A DNA stretch of 64,000 nt from Eubacteriales bacterium. Lineage in GTDB: Bacteria > Bacillota > Clostridia > Oscillospirales > CAG-272. Made by a program: the position numbers and the translations under genes. The first letter of the stretch is position 1. Every line of letters starts with the position of its first letter. The stretch spans positions 541 through 64,540 of the forward strand of contig JAZSKY010000054.1 in the NCBI GenBank assembly GCA_045535095.1, in the 5' to 3' direction. The notes beneath the pieces are model-generated. The model was not told the origin of the DNA. It saw only the letters and a list, made by a program, of their open reading frames with translations, and ran no database searches. Shown here one piece after another: positions 8,430 to 18,266 of this stretch.

Positions 8430-9311
8430 ATGAAAATAGCTTTTAGAATAATTCGCTGTGCTTTGTCGGTTATACTGCTTGCGGCATTTATACTCGCCCT
8501 CGCATCCGACTCTCTCGTTATGCGTCTCACACCGCCGACAGACGAGATGCCCGTAGGTCCCGGCGTAAACGTTCCGGACAGTCCCGACGATACTCCGTCA
8601 AGACCGAGCGAGCCGATCCTTCCCGACGATACCGTCCCTGCGTGGTCGATAGATCCGATCGTTGTGAAAAACACCCTGACCGACCAGAGCGGCAAGGTGC
8701 TTTGTGAAATGCGTTACAGCTATCCGACGGTCACGTCGAGTGACGGAAGCGACGTTTCGGAATTCGCGCGCGAGCTTGAGGTAATAGCAAGTCGAGTCCG
8801 ACTTTTCGTTGACACGAAGAGCGCGCTTTACAAGTCGGGCTCGGGAGACGATTTCTCGGTGCCTCCGCAGATAACCGGATATTACAAGGTCAACAGATTC
8901 TCGAGCGAGATATTCAGCATCACCTTCGTTTTTGCAGAGATCGCGCCCGATGCAACGATAAGCGAGACCTACATCAACTACAATCTCGACCTTCTTCTCT
9001 CGTCACGAAAGATAAGCGTTGATTCGGTAATGAACGACGCGGTCGGATCGGTAAAGTCAAAGCTTCAGGCACTTCGCGAGAGCGGAAAGATCTCCCTTCT
9101 TGCGAACTATGAAAATATGCTCGTCGGACTTATTGACGAGTCCTGGTCGGTCGAGACCGAGGGAATCTCCTTTAAATTCGCAAAGGGATCGCTTGCTCCC
9201 GCGTCTTACGGAGACATTGAGATCTTCATTGAAAACGCAGAGCTTATCTCCCTGCTCAGCGACTACGGAAGGATACTTCTGAACCTTTCCGATAAGGCGG
9301 GTGACATCTGA
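8430..9311 (+). CDS. membrane-anchored protein, DUF4163/DUF3298 (RsiV/PdaC-like) type
   Basis: N-terminal TM anchor, then a Pro/Asp-rich linker. The C-terminal part with ISFKFAKGSLAPASYGDIEIFI resembles the DUF3298 signature. Assigned from memory of the motif only. Confidence 0.45.
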   Translation: MKIAFRIIRCALSVILLAAFILALASDSLVMRLTPPTDEMPVGPGVNVPDSPDDTPSRPSEPILPDDTVPAWSIDPIVVKNTLTDQSGKVLCEMRYSYPTVTSSDGSDVSEFARELEVIASRVRLFVDTKSALYKSGSGDDFSVPPQITGYYKVNRFSSEIFSITFVFAEIAPDATISETYINYNLDLLLSSRKISVDSVMNDAVGSVKSKLQALRESGKISLLANYENMLVGLIDESWSVETEGISFKFAKGSLAPASYGDIEIFIENAELISLLSDYGRILLNLSDKAGDI

Positions 9312-9312
9312 T

Positions 9313-9501
9313 ATGACTCCCGTTTTACTGTCGGTAAACGACGTTCTCACACTTAAGAAGGCGCACCCCTGCGGAAGCCTGAAATTCAAGGTTCTTCGCG
9401 TTGGCTCGGACATAAAAATAAAGTGTCTCGGCTGCGAGCACTGTCTCGAAATAGAACGCGAAAAGCTTGAAAAAAGAATAAGATCGGTATCAAAAGAATA
9501 A
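9313..9501 (+). CDS. DUF951 family protein (YyzM-like)
   Basis: LTLKKAHPCGS..F.VLRVGSDIKIKCLGCEHCL is the DUF951 pattern. The ATG at 9313 follows RBS AAGGCGGG. The track start GTG 9301 is an alternative. Confidence 0.7.
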   Translation: MTPVLLSVNDVLTLKKAHPCGSLKFKVLRVGSDIKIKCLGCEHCLEIEREKLEKRIRSVSKE

Positions 9502-9532
9502 AAAATCCGTGGTTTTCCACGGATTTTCTTTT
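9501..9532. terminator. bidirectional terminator hairpin
   Basis: aaatccgtgg-tttt-ccacggattt flanked by an A-run and a T-run, between convergent genes. Confidence 0.6.
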
Positions 9533-10505
9533 ATTTTGAAAACACCTCGTATCCTATCTGACGGCGTATTTCGCAGGTTATACTTATAACCTCGCGCGCT
9601 GTTTTTCTCGCCTCGAGATAGTCGCCCTTTTTGTCTATATACGAAATAAAATCGGATAGCTCAAAGGACATACACTCCTCGGGGAGCATCGCATCGCAAA
9701 GGGGATAAGAGTTGCCGAGAATATCGACAAATTCGGTATTTCGCATCTGGGCGCACTGACCTATTTTAAAGGTACCATCGCGGCAGATTATCTCGCTTCT
9801 TATCGCGCTTTCGGCAAGCTTTGAGAATGTCAGCACTGCGTCAAAATCGGCGTAAGACAAAACGACCGTATCGGTAATATCAACTCCGCTTTCATAGAAA
9901 CGGGCGTGCGCGCTTATTTTCCCGGGATAGCCGAAAAGCGACACCGAAAGATATATCGGATAAACTCCGAGATCAAGCAGAGCTCCTCCGCACGACTCCT
10001 TGTCAAAGGTGGAGACTCTCTCGCCCTTTTTCACCCTTTCGAGCTTCGAGGAGCGCTGTGAAAAGTCAAGACGCGCAGAAACAACGTCTCCCGCCTCCGG
10101 AAGCTTTTCCTTTATCTTCTGAAGCTGGGGCAGATGGTAGTTCATCATCGCCTCGGCATAGATGACTCCCTTTTTGTCGGCAAGAGCGCAAAGCTCGCCA
10201 AACTCGTCGGTATTTATACAGATCGGCTTTTCGCACAGAACGTGCTTCCCCGCCTCGATAAAGAGCTTTGAATACGCATAGTGAGTCATATTCGGAGATG
10301 CTATGTAAACGGCGTCGATCTCTCTGTCACGCGACATAGCACAGAGATCGTCGTAGCACTTCGCTCCGCCGTTTTTCTCGGCAAAATCACGCGCCTTCTC
10401 AATATCGCGCGAATACTGGGCATAATATTCTGCGCCCGAGGTCATCTTTATCGCCTTTATGAAATTTTCGGACAGCCAAAAAGCTCCTATAACTGCAAAT
10501 TTCAT
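9531..10505 (-). CDS. Gfo/Idh/MocA family oxidoreductase
   Basis: N-terminal Rossmann fold MKFAVIGAFWLS, the EKP motif (LCEKPI), and the C-terminal alpha/beta domain typical of the family. Confidence 0.85.
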   Translation of the reverse strand: MKFAVIGAFWLSENFIKAIKMTSGAEYYAQYSRDIEKARDFAEKNGGAKCYDDLCAMSRDREIDAVYIASPNMTHYAYSKLFIEAGKHVLCEKPICINTDEFGELCALADKKGVIYAEAMMNYHLPQLQKIKEKLPEAGDVVSARLDFSQRSSKLERVKKGERVSTFDKESCGGALLDLGVYPIYLSVSLFGYPGKISAHARFYESGVDITDTVVLSYADFDAVLTFSKLAESAIRSEIICRDGTFKIGQCAQMRNTEFVDILGNSYPLCDAMLPEECMSFELSDFISYIDKKGDYLEARKTAREVISITCEIRRQIGYEVFSK

Positions 10506-10570
10506 TTGAAAGTCACTCTTTTCTTAAAGTTTTTCCCCGAGACGCAAGGACTCGGGGAATTTTTCGTTTT

Positions 10571-10786
10571 TCAGCTGAGTGCCGCCGCTTCTTCCTCGGA
10601 AAGCTCGTCACATTCGTCGCACTCACATTCCCAAAGATCGTCGCACTCACAGTCGCACTCGCAGCACTCTTCCTTCTTTTTCTTCATTTTCTTCCAGATG
10701 ATTATTGCCGCTGCCGCGATCGCTGCGATAACCACTATTATTCCAACAACCTTGAACGCTGCGGAAAAGGTACTCTTCTCTTTCAT
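10571..10786 (-). CDS. small single-pass membrane protein with Cys/Asp/Glu-rich C-terminal tail
   Basis: 71 aa: MKEKSTFSAAFKVVGIIVVIAAIAAAAIIIWKKMKKKKEECCECDCECDDLWECECDECDELSEEEAAALS. A strong RBS (AAGGAG) precedes the ATG at 10786. The longer track ORF start lacks one. Confidence 0.55.
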   Translation of the reverse strand: MKEKSTFSAAFKVVGIIVVIAAIAAAAIIIWKKMKKKKEECCECDCECDDLWECECDECDELSEEEAAALS

Positions 10787-11112
10787 TTTCAGTCTCCTTT
10801 TTTCTCCGACGGTGAATTTTCTCGCGCGATAACGGATAACGTCGGCTCTCCGACGCGCTGTCATAAGCTTGTCTGTGTTAATTAGTATAGCATAAGCGCG
10901 GCGAAAAATAAACACTTTTTTTATGTATCAATTGTAAATTCTTGATTTTTCAGCCAGACGAGAATATTTTTCTCTCGCGAGAAAAAAATTTACAGTCAAG
11001 CGTTGCTTTTTTTAGTATTATATGCTATAATAAGATGATAAACTATAAAATAGGAGTAGAATTCCGATTTTCGGGTAGCAGTGTCCGACTTCGGAAGTGA
11101 GTTTAAAGCAAA

Positions 11113-12159
11113 ATGGCAGAAAAATTCGAATGGCTCTCTCTCACGTCCGAAGAGTTGAAAGAAAAGCTAAAGGAGCTTGGCGAAGTACCATTCAGAGCGT
11201 CCCAGCTCTCAAAGTGGTTTTGCCTTGGCGCGAGCGCCGACGAGATGACGAACATTCCAAAGGCGCTGAAGGAAAAGCTTTGCGACGAGAATATCGGAAT
11301 ACTCTACTATCCGAAGGTCGCACGAAAGCAGGTCTCGTCTGTTGACGGAACGGTCAAATATCTCTTCGAGATGAAGGACGGACAGCTTATCGAGAGCGTA
11401 GTTATGAAATACGAGCATGGGAACACGATCTGCGTTTCAACGCAGGCAGGTTGCCGTATGGGATGTAAATTCTGCGCTTCAACTCTCGGCGGCAAGGTAC
11501 GCGACCTTTCTGCAGGCGAGATACTCGGTCAGATAATCTCGGCGCAGAGAGATTTCGGAGAAAGGATCTCGGGTGTCGTTATGATGGGCATCGGAGAGCC
11601 GCTTGACAACTACGATAACGTTATCAAATTCCTTGAAATAGTGGGGAGCGAGTCCTCGCTCAACATCGGATACAGACACATTTCCCTTTCGACCTGCGGA
11701 CTCGTTGACAAAATATACCGCCTTGCAGATGAAAGCTATCCGATCACTCTGTCGATCTCGCTTCACGCGTCGTGTGACGCCGACAGAGACCGCATAATGC
11801 CGGTAAACGCAAAGTGGAATATTGATTCCCTTTTAAAAGCGTGCCGCGACTATTTCGACAAAACGAAAAGACGAATTTCGTTTGAATACACGCTTATATC
11901 GGGCGAAAACGATTCAATAAAGCAGGCAGACGAGCTTGCCGGACTTATCAAGAGATACTTCGGATCACGTCCCGTACACATAAACCTTATTCCCTTAAAT
12001 CACGTGGACGAGCGTGACTTCCGCGCAGGAAGCAAGGGAGAGGTCAAGGCTTTCTGCGACAGACTGAACGCACTTCACGTCAACGCGACCGTACGCCGAA
12101 GGCTTGGTCCCGATATAGACGCATCGTGCGGACAGCTTCGCCGCAAAGCAATCAATTAA
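11113..12159 (+). CDS. rlmN: 23S rRNA/tRNA (adenine-C2)-methyltransferase RlmN (radical SAM)
   Basis: FRASQLSKWF, the radical-SAM cluster CRMGCKFCAS, GIGEPL and the C-terminal CGQL. Confidence 0.93.
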   Translation: MAEKFEWLSLTSEELKEKLKELGEVPFRASQLSKWFCLGASADEMTNIPKALKEKLCDENIGILYYPKVARKQVSSVDGTVKYLFEMKDGQLIESVVMKYEHGNTICVSTQAGCRMGCKFCASTLGGKVRDLSAGEILGQIISAQRDFGERISGVVMMGIGEPLDNYDNVIKFLEIVGSESSLNIGYRHISLSTCGLVDKIYRLADESYPITLSISLHASCDADRDRIMPVNAKWNIDSLLKACRDYFDKTKRRISFEYTLISGENDSIKQADELAGLIKRYFGSRPVHINLIPLNHVDERDFRAGSKGEVKAFCDRLNALHVNATVRRRLGPDIDASCGQLRRKAIN

Positions 12160-12198
12160 CAGGCATTTCAGAATTTTATTTACTTAACAGAGCAAACT

Positions 12199-12981
12199 AT
12201 GAAAGAATCGGGTGATATTTTGTTTTTCTACGGAGAAAGCGATATAGGAAACGTAAGACATGAAAATCAGGACTGCTTCAGCCTTACCGAAATAGGCGAG
12301 GACTGTTTTTTAGCGGTCGTGCTTGACGGTATGGGAGGACTCTCCTCGGGCTCGCACGCATCATCTCTTGCGAGCGACACGTTCATAAAATACGTTGTCA
12401 AAAATCTTGAGAAATACAAAAAGAGTACGGGAAAGGTTTCCCTCCACGACGACGCGGTCGTCAGAAACATTCTCTGCGAGGGAGTTTCGAGAGCAAATCA
12501 CGCTCTTTATATGGAGTCGATAACCCTTCAGAGCAGCGCGGGAATGGGCACTACCCTTGTCGCAATACTCGTTATCGGAAAGAAGGCTTATATCTGCCAC
12601 GTCGGAGACAGCAGAGCTTACGCTACCGTATCGGGAAAGCTCGTCCGTCTCACGAGAGACCATTCGCTCGTTCAGTATCTTGTGGATACAGACCAGATAA
12701 GCGAGGCGGAGGCGGCAAGACATCCGCAGAAAAACGTGCTTATAAAGGCTATCGGCACAGAGGAGAGCGTTACTCCCGATATATCGGTCATGACGTTCTC
12801 GAAGGCGAAAAACTATCTTCTCTGCTCTGACGGACTCACCCTCCACGTGAGCGACGAGGAAATAGAATCGGCGCTTCTGTCCGAAAGCGATACGCAGGAC
12901 AAGGTGAAAGAGCTTCTCTCACTTGCAAGGATAAGAGGCGAAAGGGACAACACTACCCTGCTTGTAATATCCGTACAGTGA
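12199..12981 (+). CDS. prpC: PP2C-family Ser/Thr phosphatase (Stp/PrpC)
   Basis: RHENQDCF, VLDGMGG, GTTLV, VGDSRAY and CSDGL motifs. Lies immediately upstream of the PASTA kinase. Confidence 0.9.
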   Translation: MKESGDILFFYGESDIGNVRHENQDCFSLTEIGEDCFLAVVLDGMGGLSSGSHASSLASDTFIKYVVKNLEKYKKSTGKVSLHDDAVVRNILCEGVSRANHALYMESITLQSSAGMGTTLVAILVIGKKAYICHVGDSRAYATVSGKLVRLTRDHSLVQYLVDTDQISEAEAARHPQKNVLIKAIGTEESVTPDISVMTFSKAKNYLLCSDGLTLHVSDEEIESALLSESDTQDKVKELLSLARIRGERDNTTLLVISVQ

Positions 12982-13025
12982 CGTTTTTATACGTCAAACA
13001 ACTTTTTTGAAAGGAAAACCCTGAA

Positions 13026-15218
13026 ATGACGCAGTTTGATAAATACATCGGCACCGTCGTTAATGAAAGATATGAGATAAAAGAGCTTCTCGGCGTTGGC
13101 GGAATGGCTGTTGTTTTTCTCGCCTACGATAGAGCAGAGGGCTATGACGTAGCTCTCAAAATGCTCAAGGAGGAGGTCGCCTCGGACGAGGGCGCGCTCA
13201 ACTGCTTTGAAAGCGAATCGCGCGCGATCTCTATGCTTTCGCATATAAATATCCGTCAGATCTACGATATTTCCACGTCGGGCGAATACAAGTATCTCAC
13301 TATGGAATATCTTGACGGACCTACTCTTAAAAGCTACGTTAAGGAAAACGGCGGTATATCGCAGAGCGAGGCGGTCGATTTCGTGCTTCAGATCCTTGAG
13401 GCGCTCGATCATACTCACTCGAAGGGTATCGTCCACAGAGATATAAAGCCGCAGAACGTTATCGTCACGTCGGACAAGGTTATCAAGATAACCGACTTCG
13501 GAATAGCACAGCGCTACGACCCAAGAAAGAACACGAGCGAGGAAAAGGGCGTAGGAACGGTATATTATATCAGCCCCGAGCAGGCGAGCGGCAAGAATAT
13601 AGACGCGCGAAGCGACATATATTCGCTCGGAGTAATGCTCTACGAGATGGTTTGCGGAAGGCTCCCCTTCGTTGCGGACGATCCCAACGAGGTTGCCTAT
13701 ATGCAGGTGGCAGTCGAGCCCGAAAAGCCGTCCTCGATAACCGACGTTCCCGTCGGACTTGAGCAGATAATAATGAAGGCTCTTGCGAAAAACCCCGACG
13801 AGCGCTTCAGCGATGCAGGACAGATGCTCGCGGCAGTAAAGAAATACAGAGAGTCGCCCGACGCGGTATTCGATCTCGTTTCTGTTCCTGCCGACAGCAG
13901 ATTCTATTCGAGAGCAAAAAAGAGAAATCTTGACGATATAGACCGCTTCTTAGGCGCACAGGGCGAGGAGACGGGAGCATTCACCGTAATTCCTTCCGCT
14001 AAAAAGGAAAAGAAAAAATTTGATTTTATCGCATTTATAAATCGCATTTCAAAAAGACCCGAGGTCAAGGTCGAAACTGTAAGAAAGCGCACTCCCGTAT
14101 CCTTTGTTTCGATAATTTTAGGAGCGCTTCTTGCCTGCATTATCGTTGCGGTAATGACCGTTTCGTACGTTTACAACAACTATATCACCGAGTCGCTCTC
14201 GTCAAACGATGCACAGATACTCGTTATCGACGATTTCGTAAACAGAGAGTACACCGAGGAGCTGATAACGAACATGGAAAGCCTCGGATATTCTGTTGAA
14301 ATAGTTATGCAGCCGAGCACAGACCACGTTATAAACACGATAATCAAGCAGAGCATCGAGGCGGGCTCAAAGAGACCTATTATCCTCGGAGTAAAGCATT
14401 GTAGCATCACTCTGTACGTCAGCAGCGGCGAGGATATGGTAACGCTCGACAACTACGTCGGTCAGAATTACCGCGACGTAAAGATCAAGCTTGACGAGAT
14501 CGGCTTTCCTTATACAGCAGTTTACGAAAACGATCCGTCCGTCCCGGCAGGAAATATTATCAACACCTTTCCCGGCGCAGGATCTTATATTACGTCCGAC
14601 ACACGCATCACGATATACGTCAGCCTCGGTCAGGACGTGACCTACGTCACTATGCCCGACATCAGAGGCAAGAGCGCGTCTGACGTGAGAAGTGTTCTGA
14701 ACAGTAGCGGTCTTTACCTTGCAGACGTTTCGTACGAGTATTCGGATACCGTTCCCGCAGGTCAGATAATCAGTCAGTTCCCCTACTACGGAGCGGCAGT
14801 TCCCAAATACGTCACCGACGTTTCGGTAGTCGTGAGTATGGGCATTGATCCGTCCACGATACCGAGTCCTGATCCCGAGCCTGAGCCGACCCCCGACGAT
14901 CCGAATACCGATCCCGAAAATCCCGAAATCAACCCCGACGATCCGAACACCGATCCCGAAAATCCCGAGGTAAACCCTGAAAATCCCGAGAACCCCGAGG
15001 TAAATCCTGAAAACCCCGAAAACCCCGAGGTAAACCCTGAAAATCCGGAAAATCCCGAGGTAAACCCTGAAAATCCCGAGAACCCCGAGGTAAACCCTGA
15101 AAACCCGGAAAATCCCGAGATAAATCCCGAAAATCCGGGAACAGAGCCTGAAATTCCGGGCGGAGAAGGCGACGACAATACGGACGATCCAAACGATACT
15201 CCCATAATTACGGCATAA
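13026..15218 (+). CDS. prkC: Ser/Thr protein kinase with PASTA domains (PrkC/Stk1) and repetitive Pro/Glu/Asn tail
   Basis: Hanks kinase motifs (GVGGMAVV, ALK, HRDIKPQN, DFG, SPEQ), a TM segment (FVSIILGALLACIIVAVM) and three PASTA-like repeats. The C-terminus is (VNPENPENPE)n. Confidence 0.92.
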   Translation: MTQFDKYIGTVVNERYEIKELLGVGGMAVVFLAYDRAEGYDVALKMLKEEVASDEGALNCFESESRAISMLSHINIRQIYDISTSGEYKYLTMEYLDGPTLKSYVKENGGISQSEAVDFVLQILEALDHTHSKGIVHRDIKPQNVIVTSDKVIKITDFGIAQRYDPRKNTSEEKGVGTVYYISPEQASGKNIDARSDIYSLGVMLYEMVCGRLPFVADDPNEVAYMQVAVEPEKPSSITDVPVGLEQIIMKALAKNPDERFSDAGQMLAAVKKYRESPDAVFDLVSVPADSRFYSRAKKRNLDDIDRFLGAQGEETGAFTVIPSAKKEKKKFDFIAFINRISKRPEVKVETVRKRTPVSFVSIILGALLACIIVAVMTVSYVYNNYITESLSSNDAQILVIDDFVNREYTEELITNMESLGYSVEIVMQPSTDHVINTIIKQSIEAGSKRPIILGVKHCSITLYVSSGEDMVTLDNYVGQNYRDVKIKLDEIGFPYTAVYENDPSVPAGNIINTFPGAGSYITSDTRITIYVSLGQDVTYVTMPDIRGKSASDVRSVLNSSGLYLADVSYEYSDTVPAGQIISQFPYYGAAVPKYVTDVSVVVSMGIDPSTIPSPDPEPEPTPDDPNTDPENPEINPDDPNTDPENPEVNPENPENPEVNPENPENPEVNPENPENPEVNPENPENPEVNPENPENPEINPENPGTEPEIPGGEGDDNTDDPNDTPIITA
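14888..15140 (+). repeat. in-frame tandem repeats in prkC 3' end (two ~48-nt units, then five 30-nt units plus a partial one)
   Basis: 30-nt units gtaaaccctgaaaatcccgagaaccccgag start at 14970, 15000, 15030, 15060 and 15090. They encode VNPENPENPE and differ only by synonymous-type variation. Confidence 0.85.
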
Positions 15219-15245
15219 ATAATACTAAACAGGATTTTTCTATAA

Positions 15246-17054
15246 ATGAACGAAAAGCAAAGAAAAACACGAAATTTCTCTATAATTGCCCATATCGACC
15301 ACGGAAAATCGACTCTCGCAGACAGACTGCTTGAGGCAACCCGCGCGGTTTCCGAGCGCGAGATGGAGTCGCGTCTCCTTGACAATATGGAGCTTGAGCG
15401 CGAGCGCGGAATAACGATCAAGGCGCGCGCCGTCAAGCTGAATTACACCGCTTCTGACGGAGAGACCTACGATCTCAACCTCATCGACACCCCCGGTCAC
15501 GTTGACTTTAACTACGAGGTGTCGAGATCGCTCAACGCGTGTGAGGGCGCTCTGCTCGTCATTGATGCAACGCAGGGTATCGAGGCACAGACTCTTGCAA
15601 ACGCCTATCTTGCAGACGAAAACGGACTTGAGATAGTCCCCGTTATAAACAAGATAGACCTTCCCTCGGCAGACGTTCCGAGAGTGAGAAACGAGATCGA
15701 GGACATAATCGGTATTCCCGCCGACGAAGCGCCTGCGGTTTCGGCAAAGACGGGCGAGAATATTATCGAGGTGCTTGAGGCGGTAGTTAAGAACGTTCCT
15801 GCCCCCAAGGGCGATTCGGGCGCTCCCCTTTCCTGCCTTATTTTCGACTCGTATTACGACTCCTATCTCGGCGTCGTGGTTTATATAAGAGTTATGGACG
15901 GAACACTCCGTAGCGGAGACAAGATAAAAATGATGCACACAGGCGCACAGTTTGACGTTGTTGACGTCGGCACGCTGACTCCCTTCGGTCTCAAAAAAGA
16001 GGACTCGCTTGAGGCAGGTCAGGTCGGATATTTCACCGCGAGCATCAAAAACGTTTCGGACACCCGAGTCGGTGATACCGTAACTCACATTGAAAACGGA
16101 GCAGACAAGCCGCTTGACGGCTTTAAGCAGGCGCTTCCGATGGTATTTTCGGGTATCTATCCTGCGGACGGCTCAAAGTACGGCGATCTCCGCGACGCGC
16201 TTGAAAAGCTCAAGCTCAACGATGCCGCGCTCAGCTACGAGCCTGAGACGTCAGCCGCGCTCGGCTTCGGCTTCAGATGCGGATTCCTCGGACTCCTTCA
16301 CATGGAGATCATTGAAGAGAGAATCGAGAGAGAATTTAATCTTGACATAATCACCACCGCGCCGAGCGTTATATACAGGATCACAAAGCGCGGCGGCGAG
16401 GTGCTTTACATCGACAACCCCTCGAACTATCCCTCGGCGGACGAGATCGAGATCGCCGAAGAGCCTGTCATCAAGGCGAGCATCATTACGCCCACCGAAT
16501 ACGTCGGTGCGATAATGGATCTCTGTCAGGACAGACGAGGCACGTTCAAGGATATGAAATACCTTGACGACAAGCGCGCAGAGCTTTTCTACGAGCTTCC
16601 GCTCAACGAGGTCATCTACGATTTCTTTGATGCGCTCAAGAGCCGCAGCAAGGGATATGCGTCGCTTGACTACGAAATGGACGGATACCGTCAGAGCAAG
16701 CTCGTCAAGCTCGATATACTTCTTAACGGAGACGTTGTGGACGCGCTTTCCTTTATCGTACACGACTCGAAGGCGTACACACGCGGAAGAAAGATTGCCG
16801 AAAAGCTCAAGGAAAACATTCCGCGCCACCTTTTCGAGATACCGATTCAGGCGGCTATCGGCGGCAGAATCATCGCGCGTGAGACTGTAAAAGCGCTCCG
16901 CAAGGACGTTCTTGCAAAGTGCTACGGCGGTGACATCACACGTAAAAAGAAGCTTCTTGAAAAGCAGAAAGAGGGCAAGAAGAAGATGCGTATGCTCGGT
17001 AGCGTAGAGGTTACGCCCGAGGCATTTATGGCGGTTCTTAAGCTCGACGAATAA
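15246..17054 (+). CDS. lepA: elongation factor 4 (LepA)
   Basis: [30 protein letters not shown] and NKID, plus the LepA-specific C-terminal domain. Confidence 0.97.
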   Translation: MNEKQRKTRNFSIIAHIDHGKSTLADRLLEATRAVSEREMESRLLDNMELERERGITIKARAVKLNYTASDGETYDLNLIDTPGHVDFNYEVSRSLNACEGALLVIDATQGIEAQTLANAYLADENGLEIVPVINKIDLPSADVPRVRNEIEDIIGIPADEAPAVSAKTGENIIEVLEAVVKNVPAPKGDSGAPLSCLIFDSYYDSYLGVVVYIRVMDGTLRSGDKIKMMHTGAQFDVVDVGTLTPFGLKKEDSLEAGQVGYFTASIKNVSDTRVGDTVTHIENGADKPLDGFKQALPMVFSGIYPADGSKYGDLRDALEKLKLNDAALSYEPETSAALGFGFRCGFLGLLHMEIIEERIEREFNLDIITTAPSVIYRITKRGGEVLYIDNPSNYPSADEIEIAEEPVIKASIITPTEYVGAIMDLCQDRRGTFKDMKYLDDKRAELFYELPLNEVIYDFFDALKSRSKGYASLDYEMDGYRQSKLVKLDILLNGDVVDALSFIVHDSKAYTRGRKIAEKLKENIPRHLFEIPIQAAIGGRIIARETVKALRKDVLAKCYGGDITRKKKLLEKQKEGKKKMRMLGSVEVTPEAFMAVLKLDE

Positions 17055-17110
17055 AAAATCAGGGAACTTTCCGCAAAGTTCCCTGAAATCATATAAGGAG
17101 GTGCCGCTTT

Positions 17111-18232
17111 GTGAAGGATCGCGGACTTTATATACATATTCCCTTTTGCGCGTCAAAATGCGCCTACTGCGACTTTTACTCGCTCCCATCGGGCGAGCTT
17201 CACAAAAGATACGTGGACGCTCTTTGCGACAGCGCGCGTCTATCCGGCGAGCGCTTTTCAGACACCGAGTTTTCCACCGTATATATCGGCGGCGGCACTC
17301 CGAGTATTCTCTCCCCCGAGCTTCTATCCGACCTTTTTAAATCAATAAGAGATAATTTTTCTCTGTCAAGTGACGCAGAAATCACGCTCGAGGCAAATCC
17401 TGCAACGCTTGACGAAAAAAAGCTTTCCGCTATACTTGGCGGCGGCGTAAACCGTCTCAGCTTCGGTTGTCAGAGCGCAAACGAAAACGAGCTGAAAATG
17501 CTCTCGCGACTACACACCTTCGAAGAATTTACAGAGACCTTCAAGATGGCAAGAGCCTATGGCGTTAAGAACGTCAGCGTTGATCTTATGTACGGAATTC
17601 CCCTTCAGACTACAAGGTCGCTCAAAAGCTCTATTGAGAGTGTCGCTTCCCTCTCGCCCGATCACATATCGCTTTACGGACTGCGCGTTGAGCCGAACAC
17701 TCCGTTCGGAAGGGCGAAAAATCTTCCCCTGCCGAGTGATGACGAGCAGTGCGAAATGTATCTTAATGCGGCAGAGATGCTTGCAAGTCTCGGGTATAAC
17801 AGATATGAGATCAGCAATTTTGCAAAAGATGGCAAACTCTCGCGCCACAATTTGCGATACTGGAAGCGCGGTGAATATCTCGGACTCGGCGCGGCGGCAC
17901 ACTCCTATATTGAAGGTGTGCGCTACGCATACGAGCGAGACGCTCTCTCTTATATAGAGTCTCTCGAGAGCGGCAAGATGCCAGATGCTTGCGAGAGCGA
18001 AGCTCTCAGCGCAGGCGATCTTATCTGCGAGGCGATAATGCTCTCTTTAAGGCTCGAAGAAGGTCTTGACCTTGAAGAATTTGAAAAGGAATTCGGCAAG
18101 GAGGAAAGAGACTCTCTCGAAAAGAGGGTACGCCCGTACGTGGGTAAATTTATGACACTTGACAGTGGCAGACTCAAATTCACAAGCGAGGGATTCCTCG
18201 TTTCAAACACTATTCTTTCAGAAATAATATAA
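17111..18232 (+). CDS. hemW: radical SAM heme chaperone HemW (HemN-like)
   Basis: YIHIPFCASKCAYCDF is the CxxxCxxC cluster, and the HemN C-terminal domain is present. GTG start with AAGGAGG RBS. Conserved lepA-hemW linkage. Confidence 0.9.
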   Translation: MKDRGLYIHIPFCASKCAYCDFYSLPSGELHKRYVDALCDSARLSGERFSDTEFSTVYIGGGTPSILSPELLSDLFKSIRDNFSLSSDAEITLEANPATLDEKKLSAILGGGVNRLSFGCQSANENELKMLSRLHTFEEFTETFKMARAYGVKNVSVDLMYGIPLQTTRSLKSSIESVASLSPDHISLYGLRVEPNTPFGRAKNLPLPSDDEQCEMYLNAAEMLASLGYNRYEISNFAKDGKLSRHNLRYWKRGEYLGLGAAAHSYIEGVRYAYERDALSYIESLESGKMPDACESEALSAGDLICEAIMLSLRLEEGLDLEEFEKEFGKEERDSLEKRVRPYVGKFMTLDSGRLKFTSEGFLVSNTILSEII

Positions 18233-18266
18233 AACGCTTTGGAAAAATCCAAAGCGTTTTTTCTTT
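18231..18266. terminator. bidirectional terminator between hemW and the convergent WG-repeat gene
   Basis: aaacgctttgg-aaaaa-tccaaagcgttt with flanking A-run and T-run. Confidence 0.6.

Noticed and set aside
10281-10832. 183-aa plus-strand ORF with SSHSSHSHSQ repeats.
   Set aside because: It is the antisense reading of the Cys/Asp/Glu-rich tail gene and of the 5' end of the oxidoreductase gene. It lacks an RBS. The minus-strand small ORF has a strong RBS and a TM helix.
14888-15140. Regular 30-nt direct repeats that might suggest a CRISPR array.
   Set aside because: The units are contiguous with no spacers. They are in frame within prkC and encode VNPENPENPE. No cas genes or leader are present.
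15240-17189. Minus-strand ORFs of 282 aa (15240..16088) and 312 aa (16251..17189).
   Set aside because: Antisense to lepA, whose identity is certain.
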